64,000 nucleotides of DNA from Candidatus Latescibacterota bacterium. GTDB taxonomy: Bacteria; Latescibacterota; UBA2968; GCA-2709665. Location: positions 1 through 64,000 of the forward strand of contig CAXXXF010000004.1 of NCBI GenBank assembly GCA_963667175.2, written 5' to 3'. A program made the position numbers and the translations under genes. Of this stretch, positions 53,965-63,084 are shown in pieces; position 1 is the stretch's first letter, and every line of letters begins with the position of its first letter. The notes beneath the pieces are model-generated. The model was not told the DNA's origin. It did not search any database and was given only the letters and a program-made list of their open reading frames with translations.

Positions 53965-54687
53965 TCATGCTTTCTCAATAATTGCGACGTATACGGCGCC
54001 GGTTTCGGGAATGGTCCTTGAAATTCGCCAGCCGGTGTCCTCCAGAATGAACGCCATCTCCTTTCGGGACACCTGAAGGTAGTCGAACCACGCGTCCATG
54101 TATCGTTCGTACCGGATCCGGATTCTGAGCTGGCACGAGAACCTGCCGCGCCTGCGGTTCGATTCGTGATAATCCAGATGCACTTTACTGGTGGTTGCAT
54201 AAGGGTCCCTGGTTTCCGCGACAATCCGTCCGCCGGAAGACGTCATATTGCGCATTTTCCGCAGCAGCCACCGGGCGCGTTTCAGGTTCCCGAACAGACC
54301 GAAGTTGGCGCCCAGCATGAGAATCGTATCGAACCGGCCGAGCCGCTGGGAAACCTGCGTTACGTTCAGAACCATGGCATTCGTCAGGCCGCGTTCACGG
54401 GCGACTCTGATCGCCAGGGGAGACCGGTCGATGCCCAGGACGTCGAACCCCTTCTGCTGAAGGTGGAGGGCGTGCCGTCCCGGCCCGCAGCCGACGTCCA
54501 GGACGCGTCCCGACACAAAGCTCATCGACTCCTGTTGCTGAGGCGGCCATTCGGAGAAGGGCTTGAAGTAGTCGCTCGACTTGCCGGCGGAGATGCACCC
54601 GTCTTCTCGTTCCACGATTTCCCGGGCGGGAATGCCGCGATGGAAGTCCCACATCATCCGTCCGTAAGCGTCGTCACTGTGTGGCAT
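53965..54687 (-). CDS. Class I SAM-dependent methyltransferase
   Basis: VLDVGCGPGRHAL, GIDRS, FDTILMLG. Confidence 0.9.
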   Translation of the reverse strand: MPHSDDAYGRMMWDFHRGIPAREIVEREDGCISAGKSSDYFKPFSEWPPQQQESMSFVSGRVLDVGCGPGRHALHLQQKGFDVLGIDRSPLAIRVARERGLTNAMVLNVTQVSQRLGRFDTILMLGANFGLFGNLKRARWLLRKMRNMTSSGGRIVAETRDPYATTSKVHLDYHESNRRRGRFSCQLRIRIRYERYMDAWFDYLQVSRKEMAFILEDTGWRISRTIPETGAVYVAIIEKA

Positions 54688-54763
54688 TTTTCCGTTTCCT
54701 TTCCAGGATAAACCCGCCTGGTCGGATTACCGTCCATGGCTGAACCGTTCATCGATGCCCAAT

Positions 54764-54799
54764 AAAAAGGCCCGCTGTCTCTCGACAGCGGGCCTTTTT
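54764..54799 (-). terminator. Intrinsic terminator (attenuator) between the promoter and the first his-operon gene
   Basis: Perfect 16-bp stem aaaaaggcccgctgtc-N4-gacagcgggccttttt; minus-strand U tract UUUUUAUU. Confidence 0.9.
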
Positions 54800-54816
54800 G
54801 TTTCTGCGCAATCAAA

Positions 54817-54966
54817 TCAGGTCCAGTCCACCACCGAGCGAATTTCGCGAAGGGTCGCGGTAGCGCAATAATGCGCATGCCGATGGGCGGTGTGAGCGTA
54901 GAGGTACCCCGTTGGGGTGCTTACCGAATTCCTGAACGTGTCCCGGATGTCATTCATTGTCTTCAT
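54817..54966 (-). CDS. Putative His-rich leader peptide (49 aa; 46 aa from ATG 54957)
   Basis: MKTMNDIRDTFRNSVSTPTGYLYAHTAHRHAHYCATATLREIRSVVDWT*; 4 His in 8 codons; stop lies 17 nt before the terminator; absent from the ORF track. Confidence 0.7.
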   Translation of the reverse strand: MKTMNDIRDTFRNSVSTPTGYLYAHTAHRHAHYCATATLREIRSVVDWT

Positions 54967-54975
54967 CACGATCTA

Positions 54976-55004
54976 AAAATAGAAAAGCAGTATTTGCGCG
55001 TCAA
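54976..55004 (-). promoter_or_regulatory. Promoter of the leader-methyltransferase-hisI-hisG operon
   Basis: Minus-strand TTGACG-N17-TATTTT. Confidence 0.65.
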
Positions 55005-55082
55005 GTTTTTTCTTTCTGGCGCACACCCTCGAGGCCGCGTCCTTTTGCGTTGTATCCGAAGTTTTCATTGGCTATTTTGTTG

Positions 55083-55367
55083 CAAAGCGGGGAGACGTTA
55101 GAGGGTAGACGGGAGAGATTGTCCGCCTCGTCCGGTTTCACTTTTTGCCGCAGGCATAAAGAAAAAACCAAACGGGCAAAGACGTCATCTACCGTCTCAC
55201 GTCTTGCGTCTCACGGGTTTTGCTGCCCTGTGCGGTTTCATCTCTTGCCGGAGGCATAAAGGAAGGACAAATCTGGCAAGGATGTCATCTACCGTCTACC
55301 GGCTCACGTCTCACCGCAGTTAGGCGACCTCTCCCCCCAGCCCCCTCTCCCGGAGGGAAAGGGGGAG
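55083..55367 (+). mobile_element. Composite: family-B MITE (55083-55221), partial second copy (about 55233-55322) and family-C hairpin (55326-55367)
   Basis: Internal ttgccg.aggcataaag core occurs twice; the 30-nt end tctaccgtctaccggctcacgtctcaccgc is identical to 47991-48020. Confidence 0.75.
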
Positions 55368-55405
55368 AAAACCAGGCGTCAAACGATGATTGAGAGGATC
55401 TGGAA

Positions 55406-57166
55406 ATGTCAAAGGTGAATCCCAATGGGTTGACCGTTTCGATCGAGACGCCCATGCCGCCGCCGGAATGGGCGTTGCTCGAACGTGCGTTGATCAGGGC
55501 ACAGACACGGGCCTGCGAGGAATTCTTCAATCGCTACTTCGATGCGCGCGGCTATCTGCAGTGCGTGCCCCGATGGGGCGGCAACGACGGGCCGGACGAC
55601 GCGATTGAGAACCTGACGGGCTGGCCCATTCTGCACGCGATTGGCGCGCCGGATTGCATTCTGGATATGTACAAACTGGGATGGGAAGGACACCTCTTGC
55701 AGTATACGGAGGCGAAAACCGTGGAGGTACCGCTCGCCCGGGACGGGATGATCTACAAGGAGTTTCCGGTGAGCCTGGACTGGTTCCACCACGGCGAGAG
55801 CCTGGCCGTCTTCAATCTGCAGGGATTGTCGGATCCGTACGATATGAACTTCAGGCGCCGGACGCGCCGGTACGCGGGACTCTATATGGATGAGGACCCG
55901 CAGGCGAAGAATTACGATCCGGAGCACAGAATCATCCGCAGCCTGTTTACGGGCAGCCGCGGACCCCTGCTCCGGAAGGCGACGGCGCTGGACTGGGCGG
56001 GAGACCCCATCGAAGTGGAGGGGCGGTTCGATCCCGCGCACGGTGAGCGCACTTTCGAGGAAATGCTGGCGCATTTCGAGGATTATACGGACGTGGTAGG
56101 CGACCATCCCATCAATCTGGCGGCCACGACCCTCGGCCTCAACGCTTTTATGGTCGATGCGGAGGAAAAATACAGGGACTGGGTCGTCGACTACGTGGAC
56201 GCCTGGGCGGAACGGGCCGCCGCGAACAACGGCATCCTCCCCAGCAATATCGGACTGGACGGCACGATCGGCGGCGAGTGCGACGGCAAGTGGTATGGCG
56301 GGTGTTACGGCTGGGGGTTCACGGTGGTCGTCCCCCAAACGGGTGAACTGGCCAACAGGAATGCGATTTCCCGGGGCGTCGCGGGCTTCGGCAACGCCCT
56401 TTTGTTGACGGGCGAACAGAAATACGTGGACGTATGGCGCGGGATGCTCGCGGCCGTGAACGCGAACACCCGCACGGTGGACGGAAGAACGATGTACCCG
56501 CACATGTGTGGCGACGACGGCTGGTACGACTATCAGGAGTCGCCCTACAATCAGGGCGCGCTGGACGTCTACTACTGGTCGATGGATCGTGCGGATCTGA
56601 AATACGTGCCGGAAAACGCGTGGCTGAAGTTTCTGGATGGAGAGAACGGGGGATTTGCCGAGGCGTCGCTACGCCGGGAATTCGCGTCCATCCGCGAAAA
56701 GGTGAACGGCCTGCGCGCGGACACCAGTACCCCCGATACCCGGATGTCGGACGATACGCTGAAGTTCAATCCGGCCATCAACAGCTGTCTGACCCAGTTG
56801 ATGCTGGGTGGATTGAACCCCCGGTACGGCGAACCGCTGCACTGCCGCCTGCGGTACTTCGACCCCGCGCGGCGGCGGGCCGGGATACCCGCGGACGTGG
56901 CTGCGCTCGTCGAGGGGCTGACGGACGAAACGGCCACGGTCTCGCTCATGAACGTGAATCCGGTGGATCATCGGACCGTGATCGTCCAGGCAGGGGCCTA
57001 TGCCGAGCACCAGGTGACCGCGGTCGAGGCTGATGGAAGGACTCAATCCGTGGATTGTCCCTTCTTCACGGTACGACTGGCGCCCGGAAGCGGCAGCCGG
57101 CTCGTGGTCGCCACGAAGCGGTACGTGAACCCGCCGACGTTTGTTTTTCCATGGGACAGGGAATAA
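55406..57166 (+). CDS. Hypothetical protein, probably a helical-barrel enzyme
   Basis: 586-aa ORF with genome-typical codon usage; motifs RWGGNDGPDDAIEN and DWFHHGE; family not identified. Confidence 0.8.
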   Translation: MSKVNPNGLTVSIETPMPPPEWALLERALIRAQTRACEEFFNRYFDARGYLQCVPRWGGNDGPDDAIENLTGWPILHAIGAPDCILDMYKLGWEGHLLQYTEAKTVEVPLARDGMIYKEFPVSLDWFHHGESLAVFNLQGLSDPYDMNFRRRTRRYAGLYMDEDPQAKNYDPEHRIIRSLFTGSRGPLLRKATALDWAGDPIEVEGRFDPAHGERTFEEMLAHFEDYTDVVGDHPINLAATTLGLNAFMVDAEEKYRDWVVDYVDAWAERAAANNGILPSNIGLDGTIGGECDGKWYGGCYGWGFTVVVPQTGELANRNAISRGVAGFGNALLLTGEQKYVDVWRGMLAAVNANTRTVDGRTMYPHMCGDDGWYDYQESPYNQGALDVYYWSMDRADLKYVPENAWLKFLDGENGGFAEASLRREFASIREKVNGLRADTSTPDTRMSDDTLKFNPAINSCLTQLMLGGLNPRYGEPLHCRLRYFDPARRRAGIPADVAALVEGLTDETATVSLMNVNPVDHRTVIVQAGAYAEHQVTAVEADGRTQSVDCPFFTVRLAPGSGSRLVVATKRYVNPPTFVFPWDRE

Positions 57167-57167
57167 G

Positions 57168-57383
57168 TAGCTGTCAGGCGTTAGCTGTCAGCGGTCAACT
57201 CCCCGCCCGACCACCCCCAAGGCACTCTGGCTCCGCTCCTCCTTTCCGTCCGGGAGAGGGACCGGTTTCCCGGGAGCGAGGGCATCTTGCCGTCGTTGCG
57301 CCCGTAATAGCCCTGCCGTTTCACGGCGCTCACGTCAACGAATTGAGATTTTGATTCAAGCTGAAAGCTGACCGCTGATAGCT
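57168..57383. repeat. Element with inverted heptamer termini enclosing a REP-like palindrome
   Basis: agctgtcagcggtcaact versus agctgaccgctgatagct (16/18 reverse complement); internal gggagcgagggcatcttgccgtcg. Confidence 0.6.
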
Positions 57384-57473
57384 GTTTTTGCTGCATTTCG
57401 ACGGCCACGGGAGCGGTCGTCCTTAAAGGTATCTTGAAATTGTCGTTACGTTCAAACCTTCGGAGGATTTGAA

Positions 57474-58316
57474 ATGCGTCTGGATATCGAAAGATGGCGC
57501 CGCCGGCCCAAGATCGACGTGCATTGCCACGTCTGGAATCTTGGGAACGAGGCGGACGAAGCGACGTCCGCCGAGCGGCTGATCTCGACGGGCGACATGC
57601 TGGGCATCACTGAATTCTGGTGTTCGTCGCCCATTACGGGCGGACGGCTTGCCGGTATCGAAGAAGTACGCGCGGAGAACGATGCCGTGCTGCGGGCCAT
57701 GAAACGCTTTCCCGACCGTATCCGGGGTCTGTGTTTCGTCATTCCGGGACATTATCGGCACGCGTTGGACGAGATTGACCGTTGCCTGGACGCGGGAATG
57801 ATCGGCCTGAAACTCTACAACCAGTACCGCATCGACGATCCGGCCGTGTTTCCGGTCATCGAACGCATCATCGAGCGCAAGGTCCCGCTCCTGGAGCACG
57901 CGGGTCTCCCCACCTCCAGGGAATTCCTGGACGCGCAGCCGCTGATCTCCAACGGACGCCACTTTGCCGCAATGAATCGTCGGTATCCGGAAGCGATGGT
58001 CATCCACGCGCACATCGGCGGCGGCGGCGACTGGGAAAACACCATTCGCGCGATGCGGGGCACCTCGCGCAGCCTGGTCTGCGACGTCAGCGGCAGCAAT
58101 CTGGACGACGGGCAGGTCGAGTTGGCGGTGGCCGAAATGGGCGCCGACCGGGTGCTGTTCGGCACCGACGGGACCATGACCGGAAGCGTGGGAAAGGTTA
58201 TCGACGCAACGCTGACGGACGAGGAAAAGGACATGATTTTCTGGGACAACGCGGAGCGGATTCTGGCCGCGCAGGGCGCGGCGCCGCTACGGACGGGGAA
58301 GGAGGCCGTGGCATGA
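57474..58316 (+). CDS. Amidohydrolase_2-family metal-dependent hydrolase
   Basis: IDVHCH, GLKL, LEHAG, HAHIG, LFGTD. Confidence 0.9.
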   Translation: MRLDIERWRRRPKIDVHCHVWNLGNEADEATSAERLISTGDMLGITEFWCSSPITGGRLAGIEEVRAENDAVLRAMKRFPDRIRGLCFVIPGHYRHALDEIDRCLDAGMIGLKLYNQYRIDDPAVFPVIERIIERKVPLLEHAGLPTSREFLDAQPLISNGRHFAAMNRRYPEAMVIHAHIGGGGDWENTIRAMRGTSRSLVCDVSGSNLDDGQVELAVAEMGADRVLFGTDGTMTGSVGKVIDATLTDEEKDMIFWDNAERILAAQGAAPLRTGKEAVA

Positions 58317-59113
58317 AGGTTATTGATCTCAACGCCTGGTTGGGTTCGTGGCCTTTTCGGGGGCTGCGGGACAATACGCCCGACACACTGATCCGGCGGC
58401 TGGAACGGGCCGGCATCGATACCGCCGCCGTCTCCCGGATCGAGGCGATACTGCACCGGAGCGTCCAACCGGCAAACGAACGGCTGGCGGAGGACCTGGA
58501 GGGGTCTACCGATCGGTTGATCGCAATGGCAACGATCAACGCGGCCGACGCGAACTGGGAGGGCGACCTGCGCCGGTGTCACGAAGACCTGGGCATGAAG
58601 GGCGCACGTCTGTTCCCGCAATATCATGGGTTCGACGTGGACGGACCCGAGGCGCGCAAGGTCGTGGCGGCGTGTGTGGAACGATCGCTTCCCGTGTTCA
58701 TTCCCCACCGGATCGAGGACGTCCGGCAGCGGCACTGGATGGATCCGGGACGGACGTTGGATCTCGATGGCGCGGCGAACCTGATCGCCGCGGTATCCGG
58801 GGCGACAATCGTGATCCCCAATGCGCGGGGTATTGCTGATTCCCCCGTGTGGCGACGACAAGACATTCGAGACCGTGACTGGTATTTCGACCTCTCCCTC
58901 GCTGAAGTCCACTACTCATTGAACCGAAACGTGAACGACCTGGGAGATCTGGCGAATTTCATCGAACAGGGCGGCGCGGGCCACCTCGTATTCGGCACGC
59001 ACGCGCCGTTCTCTTATCCCTCCGCCGCGACGGTGAAGTGTGCGGTGTTGCCCGTGGATGAGGAAACGCTGGAAGAAATCTGCCACAAGCGGGCGGAACG
59101 AATGTTGAGTTGA
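58313..59113 (+). CDS. Amidohydrolase_2-like protein with degenerate metal ligands
   Basis: IDLNAWLGSWPF, GARLFPQYH, VFGTHAP; ATGA overlap with the upstream gene. Confidence 0.85.
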   Translation: MKVIDLNAWLGSWPFRGLRDNTPDTLIRRLERAGIDTAAVSRIEAILHRSVQPANERLAEDLEGSTDRLIAMATINAADANWEGDLRRCHEDLGMKGARLFPQYHGFDVDGPEARKVVAACVERSLPVFIPHRIEDVRQRHWMDPGRTLDLDGAANLIAAVSGATIVIPNARGIADSPVWRRQDIRDRDWYFDLSLAEVHYSLNRNVNDLGDLANFIEQGGAGHLVFGTHAPFSYPSAATVKCAVLPVDEETLEEICHKRAERMLS

Positions 59114-59138
59114 TATTCTGTTTAAGGAGCGACAAGGC

Positions 59139-61553
59139 GTGGTAACGGCTGACATGATCACCCGTCTGGAAGGCGCGTGCATACCCGCCGTCGAGACCCC
59201 GATGAGCCGGCGATATCTGCGGATGGCGCAGAAGTGGCTTCCCACCGCGCTGAGCTATTTCCAGGATTGGGGGGAGCGCCCCAACTGCGGACACTTTTTC
59301 GGCGGCGTCCATTGGTACGGCATAGAGACGGCCGTCCCGCTGCACGCCCTGGCCGCGGTGGGCGCCTCGCCGGAGTACGACGAAAAGACAACGGGACTCT
59401 CCATCGACGACCTCCGGGAGGTCGTCATAAAGGCCATCCGATACCTTTGTTTCACGCACGACACGGGCCCCGAGGAATGCCTGCGGCCGTCAATCGGACT
59501 GGGCATGCCGCGGTCCTGGGGCACCAAGTGGGGGGAACGGGGTCGGGGGTTCTTCCCGGAGAGCCAGTGCGGCGGGACCGTCGCGAATATGACCTCCGCC
59601 TCCCTCATGCTGCAGCAGTACGTGGACGACGAAACGCGGATGATGCTGGCGGGAATCTGCCTGGACTATCTCGAACGGTTCGGAGACATGGCGCCGAAGA
59701 GCGGGGTATTCGCCGATACGCAGATGGAAGAGAACGCGTGGACGGCGCACGGCCTGGCGGCGTGTTATCTGTTTCTGTCCGGACACGAGCATGCGGAAGC
59801 CTGGGAAACCTGCGCACGACGATGGATGTTTTCGGCATGCGCGGCGCCGCAGGACAGGTTCAACGAGGGGGCGCTGGAATCCGGGTTGACGGCCGCTGCG
59901 CTGACCGGCAAGACGTTTACCACGCTGCCGGACTACATGGCGGAGAACCACGGGATGGTCCACCCCGGGTACACCGCCTCCGGGGTCCAGTCGGTGGCCG
60001 CCCTGGGTTTGCTCTACCGGATGTACGGAAGGACCGAACCTCCGGAGGCCTACTGGAACCGCCAGCGCGTCTACGATGCGATTAAACTGCTGACGGACGA
60101 GACCGGATCGGCGATGCCGACACAGGGGATGGACCGGCTGTATCTGGGAGAACAACACGCGCTGCACGCATCGGCTTATCTGTTTCTGAAGGACCCCGAT
60201 GCCGGGTATTTCGAGGAAGTTTCACTTGCGCTGAGAGAAAAAAAGCAGGAAGGGAACGGCGGGCGGTTGATTGATCCCGTCGTTTCGGCAACCTGCCACG
60301 AGGTGGAAGACCCCATGGAGATCAAGGAATCGGAGATGATCGCCTTGATCGTGAAGCCCTACCTCCTGCACCGGCTGATGGATGCGGAAGCGCCGGCGCC
60401 GACGTCCGCCGAGGAGATCGCGAGCAAGTTCAATGGCGTCCGATTGTTCCCGCATTCGGGATTCGTACATCACCGACACATGAAGGGACAGAATTCCCTC
60501 TCCTGGCGAAATTACATGATGGCGCTGCCGTTCACGCGCGACGGCGTGCATACAGTCGGGCCCAGCCGGTGGAGTCTGCTGGCCAACGTGACCGTGAAGG
60601 ACCGCCCGGAAAGCCACGACTTAATTGTGATGGAGGTGAACCGGAAGGACGACGGCTTTGCGGCGTTGATGGTCAACCATCGGGCCCAGGACGCCATTCG
60701 CCAGCGCGTGTTGTGCTGCTCGCTTCCGGACGGACGAATGGTGGTCAGTGAACAACTCGATGCGTTGGAAGACTGTATCGTAGAGCGGCTCGATCAGGGA
60801 TTCATCAGAGTCGTCAACGAGAACTTCCCGCTTGTCGGCGGCGCGTGCGACGGAAAGCGAATTTTATATCATGCGAACGGAGCCGAGACGTTTCCGGGGT
60901 TTCCAGGCAACGATCCCGACGCCGACGTCGTGTTCGACCTGCGCGATCCGGGGTGGCTGAACGTGGACGATCAGCTGGGGATCGTCTTCAAAGGGACCGG
61001 CGGGACCCGCTACGTGAACCGCCACTATTTTCCGCCGTTCGCGTTCAGGGCGGTGGCCGACGATCTGTTCCTGAGTCTGGACGAGACGGCGAAGGAGTGC
61101 CGCGCCGGCGAGCAGGTGGGCGCGCTGGCGATGCTGATCTGTCCCGAGCAGCCTCACGAGGAAACGCCGGCCCAGTTCCTGAGCGTCGCCGACTCGTCCG
61201 ATGATACGGTCGGTCTGATCGTGGACGGATATCTGTGCGCCGGCAACTTCGGAACGACGCGGAAGTTGTGCACGTTTGAGACCGTCGCCGGGAGTGGGGC
61301 GCCGGTTTTCGGAAGTACCACCCGTGTATCGGGACAGCGCGTCGAGTATACAGTGCCAATCGAAGGAGGAGCGGCCGTCTACGCGAAGGAGGTGCTGAAG
61401 GTCCGGACCGACGGCGATATCCGGATCGAAACGGTCCCCGGCGGCAGCGCATACGTCACCAACGAAGCGGGACGCAGCGTGAAAGTGAATATTCAGAAAG
61501 GCGGCAGAGAACGCGAATTGTGTCTGGACGTGGGCCAGGTGGCGCCCGTATGA
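59139..61553 (+). CDS. Large hypothetical protein, possibly polysaccharide-lyase-like (helical N-domain, beta C-domain)
   Basis: 804 aa; DTQMEENAW and ENHGMVHPGY motifs; beta-rich C-terminal half; fold is inferred. Confidence 0.7.
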   Translation: MVTADMITRLEGACIPAVETPMSRRYLRMAQKWLPTALSYFQDWGERPNCGHFFGGVHWYGIETAVPLHALAAVGASPEYDEKTTGLSIDDLREVVIKAIRYLCFTHDTGPEECLRPSIGLGMPRSWGTKWGERGRGFFPESQCGGTVANMTSASLMLQQYVDDETRMMLAGICLDYLERFGDMAPKSGVFADTQMEENAWTAHGLAACYLFLSGHEHAEAWETCARRWMFSACAAPQDRFNEGALESGLTAAALTGKTFTTLPDYMAENHGMVHPGYTASGVQSVAALGLLYRMYGRTEPPEAYWNRQRVYDAIKLLTDETGSAMPTQGMDRLYLGEQHALHASAYLFLKDPDAGYFEEVSLALREKKQEGNGGRLIDPVVSATCHEVEDPMEIKESEMIALIVKPYLLHRLMDAEAPAPTSAEEIASKFNGVRLFPHSGFVHHRHMKGQNSLSWRNYMMALPFTRDGVHTVGPSRWSLLANVTVKDRPESHDLIVMEVNRKDDGFAALMVNHRAQDAIRQRVLCCSLPDGRMVVSEQLDALEDCIVERLDQGFIRVVNENFPLVGGACDGKRILYHANGAETFPGFPGNDPDADVVFDLRDPGWLNVDDQLGIVFKGTGGTRYVNRHYFPPFAFRAVADDLFLSLDETAKECRAGEQVGALAMLICPEQPHEETPAQFLSVADSSDDTVGLIVDGYLCAGNFGTTRKLCTFETVAGSGAPVFGSTTRVSGQRVEYTVPIEGGAAVYAKEVLKVRTDGDIRIETVPGGSAYVTNEAGRSVKVNIQKGGRERELCLDVGQVAPV

Positions 61554-61640
61554 GATCGGGAGCACAATCCCGGCGGGACGGTCGATGATACGTACCTGCT
61601 GGGTCACGGCCTTACGACACACGCCGCTTCGCACCGAACC

Positions 61641-61691
61641 CTTTTATGCTTTTTGTGGCCAATTTGACGGTTATCTTTTTTCGAATTGAGG
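61641..61691. repeat. Second copy of the 9-bp-periodic segment seen at 37450-37508
   Basis: cttttatgctttttgtggccaatttgacggttatcttttttcgaattgagg; ends 4 nt before the MlrC-like ATG. Confidence 0.6.
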
Positions 61692-61695
61692 GTAA

Positions 61696-63084
61696 ATGCG
61701 ACTGGCGATTTGCGGGATCAGGCATGAAACGAACACGTTTTCGCCGCTTCGGGCGGGTATTGAGGACTTTCGCGTTTTACGCGGGGATGAAGTCATGGCC
61801 GACGTCCCCCGGCAGGCGTTCGACAACGTCGAATGGTCGCCAACGCTGGTCTCGAAGGCGCAGCCGCATGGGCTGGTCCTCCAGGAGGCGTACGAGTCCA
61901 TGGCAGCGGAGATGGTGGATCGTCTGCGCCGGGCATTTCCGCTGGACGGCGTGTACCTGGACCTGCACGGGGCAATGGAGGTGGAGGACGTTGGCGACGG
62001 GGAGCGCGACCTGGTCTGCCGCGTGCGCGAGACGGTCGGCGACGAGATTCCGATCGTCGCAAGCCTGGATCTGCACGCCAATCTGGCGCCCGAGGTCGTG
62101 GAGAAGACCAATGTACTCACCGCGCTGCGGACCGCGCCCCACGTGGACCGGCGCGAGACCCAGGTACGCGCGATCGGACATCTGGTCCGCTGCGTAAAGG
62201 AAGGCGTCCGGCCGCTGAATGCCATCGTAAGGCTGCCCATGCTGCTTCCGGGCGAACACGCGGCTACGGGGGTGGAGCCCGCCCGGTCTCTGTACGCGGG
62301 GCTTCAGGACGTGGAAGCGCAGTCCGACGTTCTGGACGCGTCGCTCATGATCGGGTGCGCGTGGACCGACTCGCCGTATACATCGGTGGCCTCGATCGTG
62401 GTTTCGGAGAATCGCGACGCGGCGGGGGAGCAGGCGGAACGCATGGCGCGGAGAATCTGGCTGCGGCGCGATGAATTCGCGCCGGACGTGGTGACGCTGC
62501 CCGTGGAAGACGTCGTTCGCCAAGCGATCCGCGAGACCCGCTTTCCCGTATTTCTTTCCGACTCGGGAGACAACGTCACGGCAGGGGCGGCGGGGGACGT
62601 CCCGGTGGTCCTTAAGGCGCTGCTGGACGCGGGCGCAAGAGACGCGGTTGTCGCGGGGATCGCTGACGCCAAGGCCGTGGCGCGGTGTCTTGAAGGGGGG
62701 ATCGGGGCTGGACTGACCCTGAACGTGGGCGGCAAGCTCGACAGGATAAACGGTTCTCCTCTGGAGGTAACGGGCCGGGTCGTCTCCACGAATCCGCCGC
62801 GGATTGCCGTGTTTCTGGTGGAGGACGTCAGGGTCGTGTTGACTGCCGACCGCATGCCGTTCCTGGACCTGCGGGCCTTTGCAGAGGCCAACGTGGATCC
62901 CGCTGCACACGAGATCGTGGTTGTAAAACACGGATATCTCGCCCCGGAACTGCGGGAAGTCGCCGGCACGGCGCTGATGGCGATCAGCCCGGGGTGTACG
63001 ACCCTGGCACTGGAGACATTGCCCTACAAACGGATTCGACGGCCCGTGTTTCCACTGGACGAGGACGTCGAATTCCCCGTGTGA
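61696..63084 (+). CDS. M81 (MlrC-like) metallopeptidase
   Basis: HETNTFS, LDLHGAM, DLHAN, PHVD, DSGDN..AG, VVKHG. Confidence 0.92.
   Translation: MRLAICGIRHETNTFSPLRAGIEDFRVLRGDEVMADVPRQAFDNVEWSPTLVSKAQPHGLVLQEAYESMAAEMVDRLRRAFPLDGVYLDLHGAMEVEDVGDGERDLVCRVRETVGDEIPIVASLDLHANLAPEVVEKTNVLTALRTAPHVDRRETQVRAIGHLVRCVKEGVRPLNAIVRLPMLLPGEHAATGVEPARSLYAGLQDVEAQSDVLDASLMIGCAWTDSPYTSVASIVVSENRDAAGEQAERMARRIWLRRDEFAPDVVTLPVEDVVRQAIRETRFPVFLSDSGDNVTAGAAGDVPVVLKALLDAGARDAVVAGIADAKAVARCLEGGIGAGLTLNVGGKLDRINGSPLEVTGRVVSTNPPRIAVFLVEDVRVVLTADRMPFLDLRAFAEANVDPAAHEIVVVKHGYLAPELREVAGTALMAISPGCTTLALETLPYKRIRRPVFPLDEDVEFPV

Noticed and set aside
54654-54878. Trp leader peptide (ARWW) or T-box upstream of the his genes
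   Set aside because: The WW frame has no stop before the terminator and the downstream genes are his; no T-box consensus or specifier stem is seen. The TGGTGG is better explained as the antiterminator strand.
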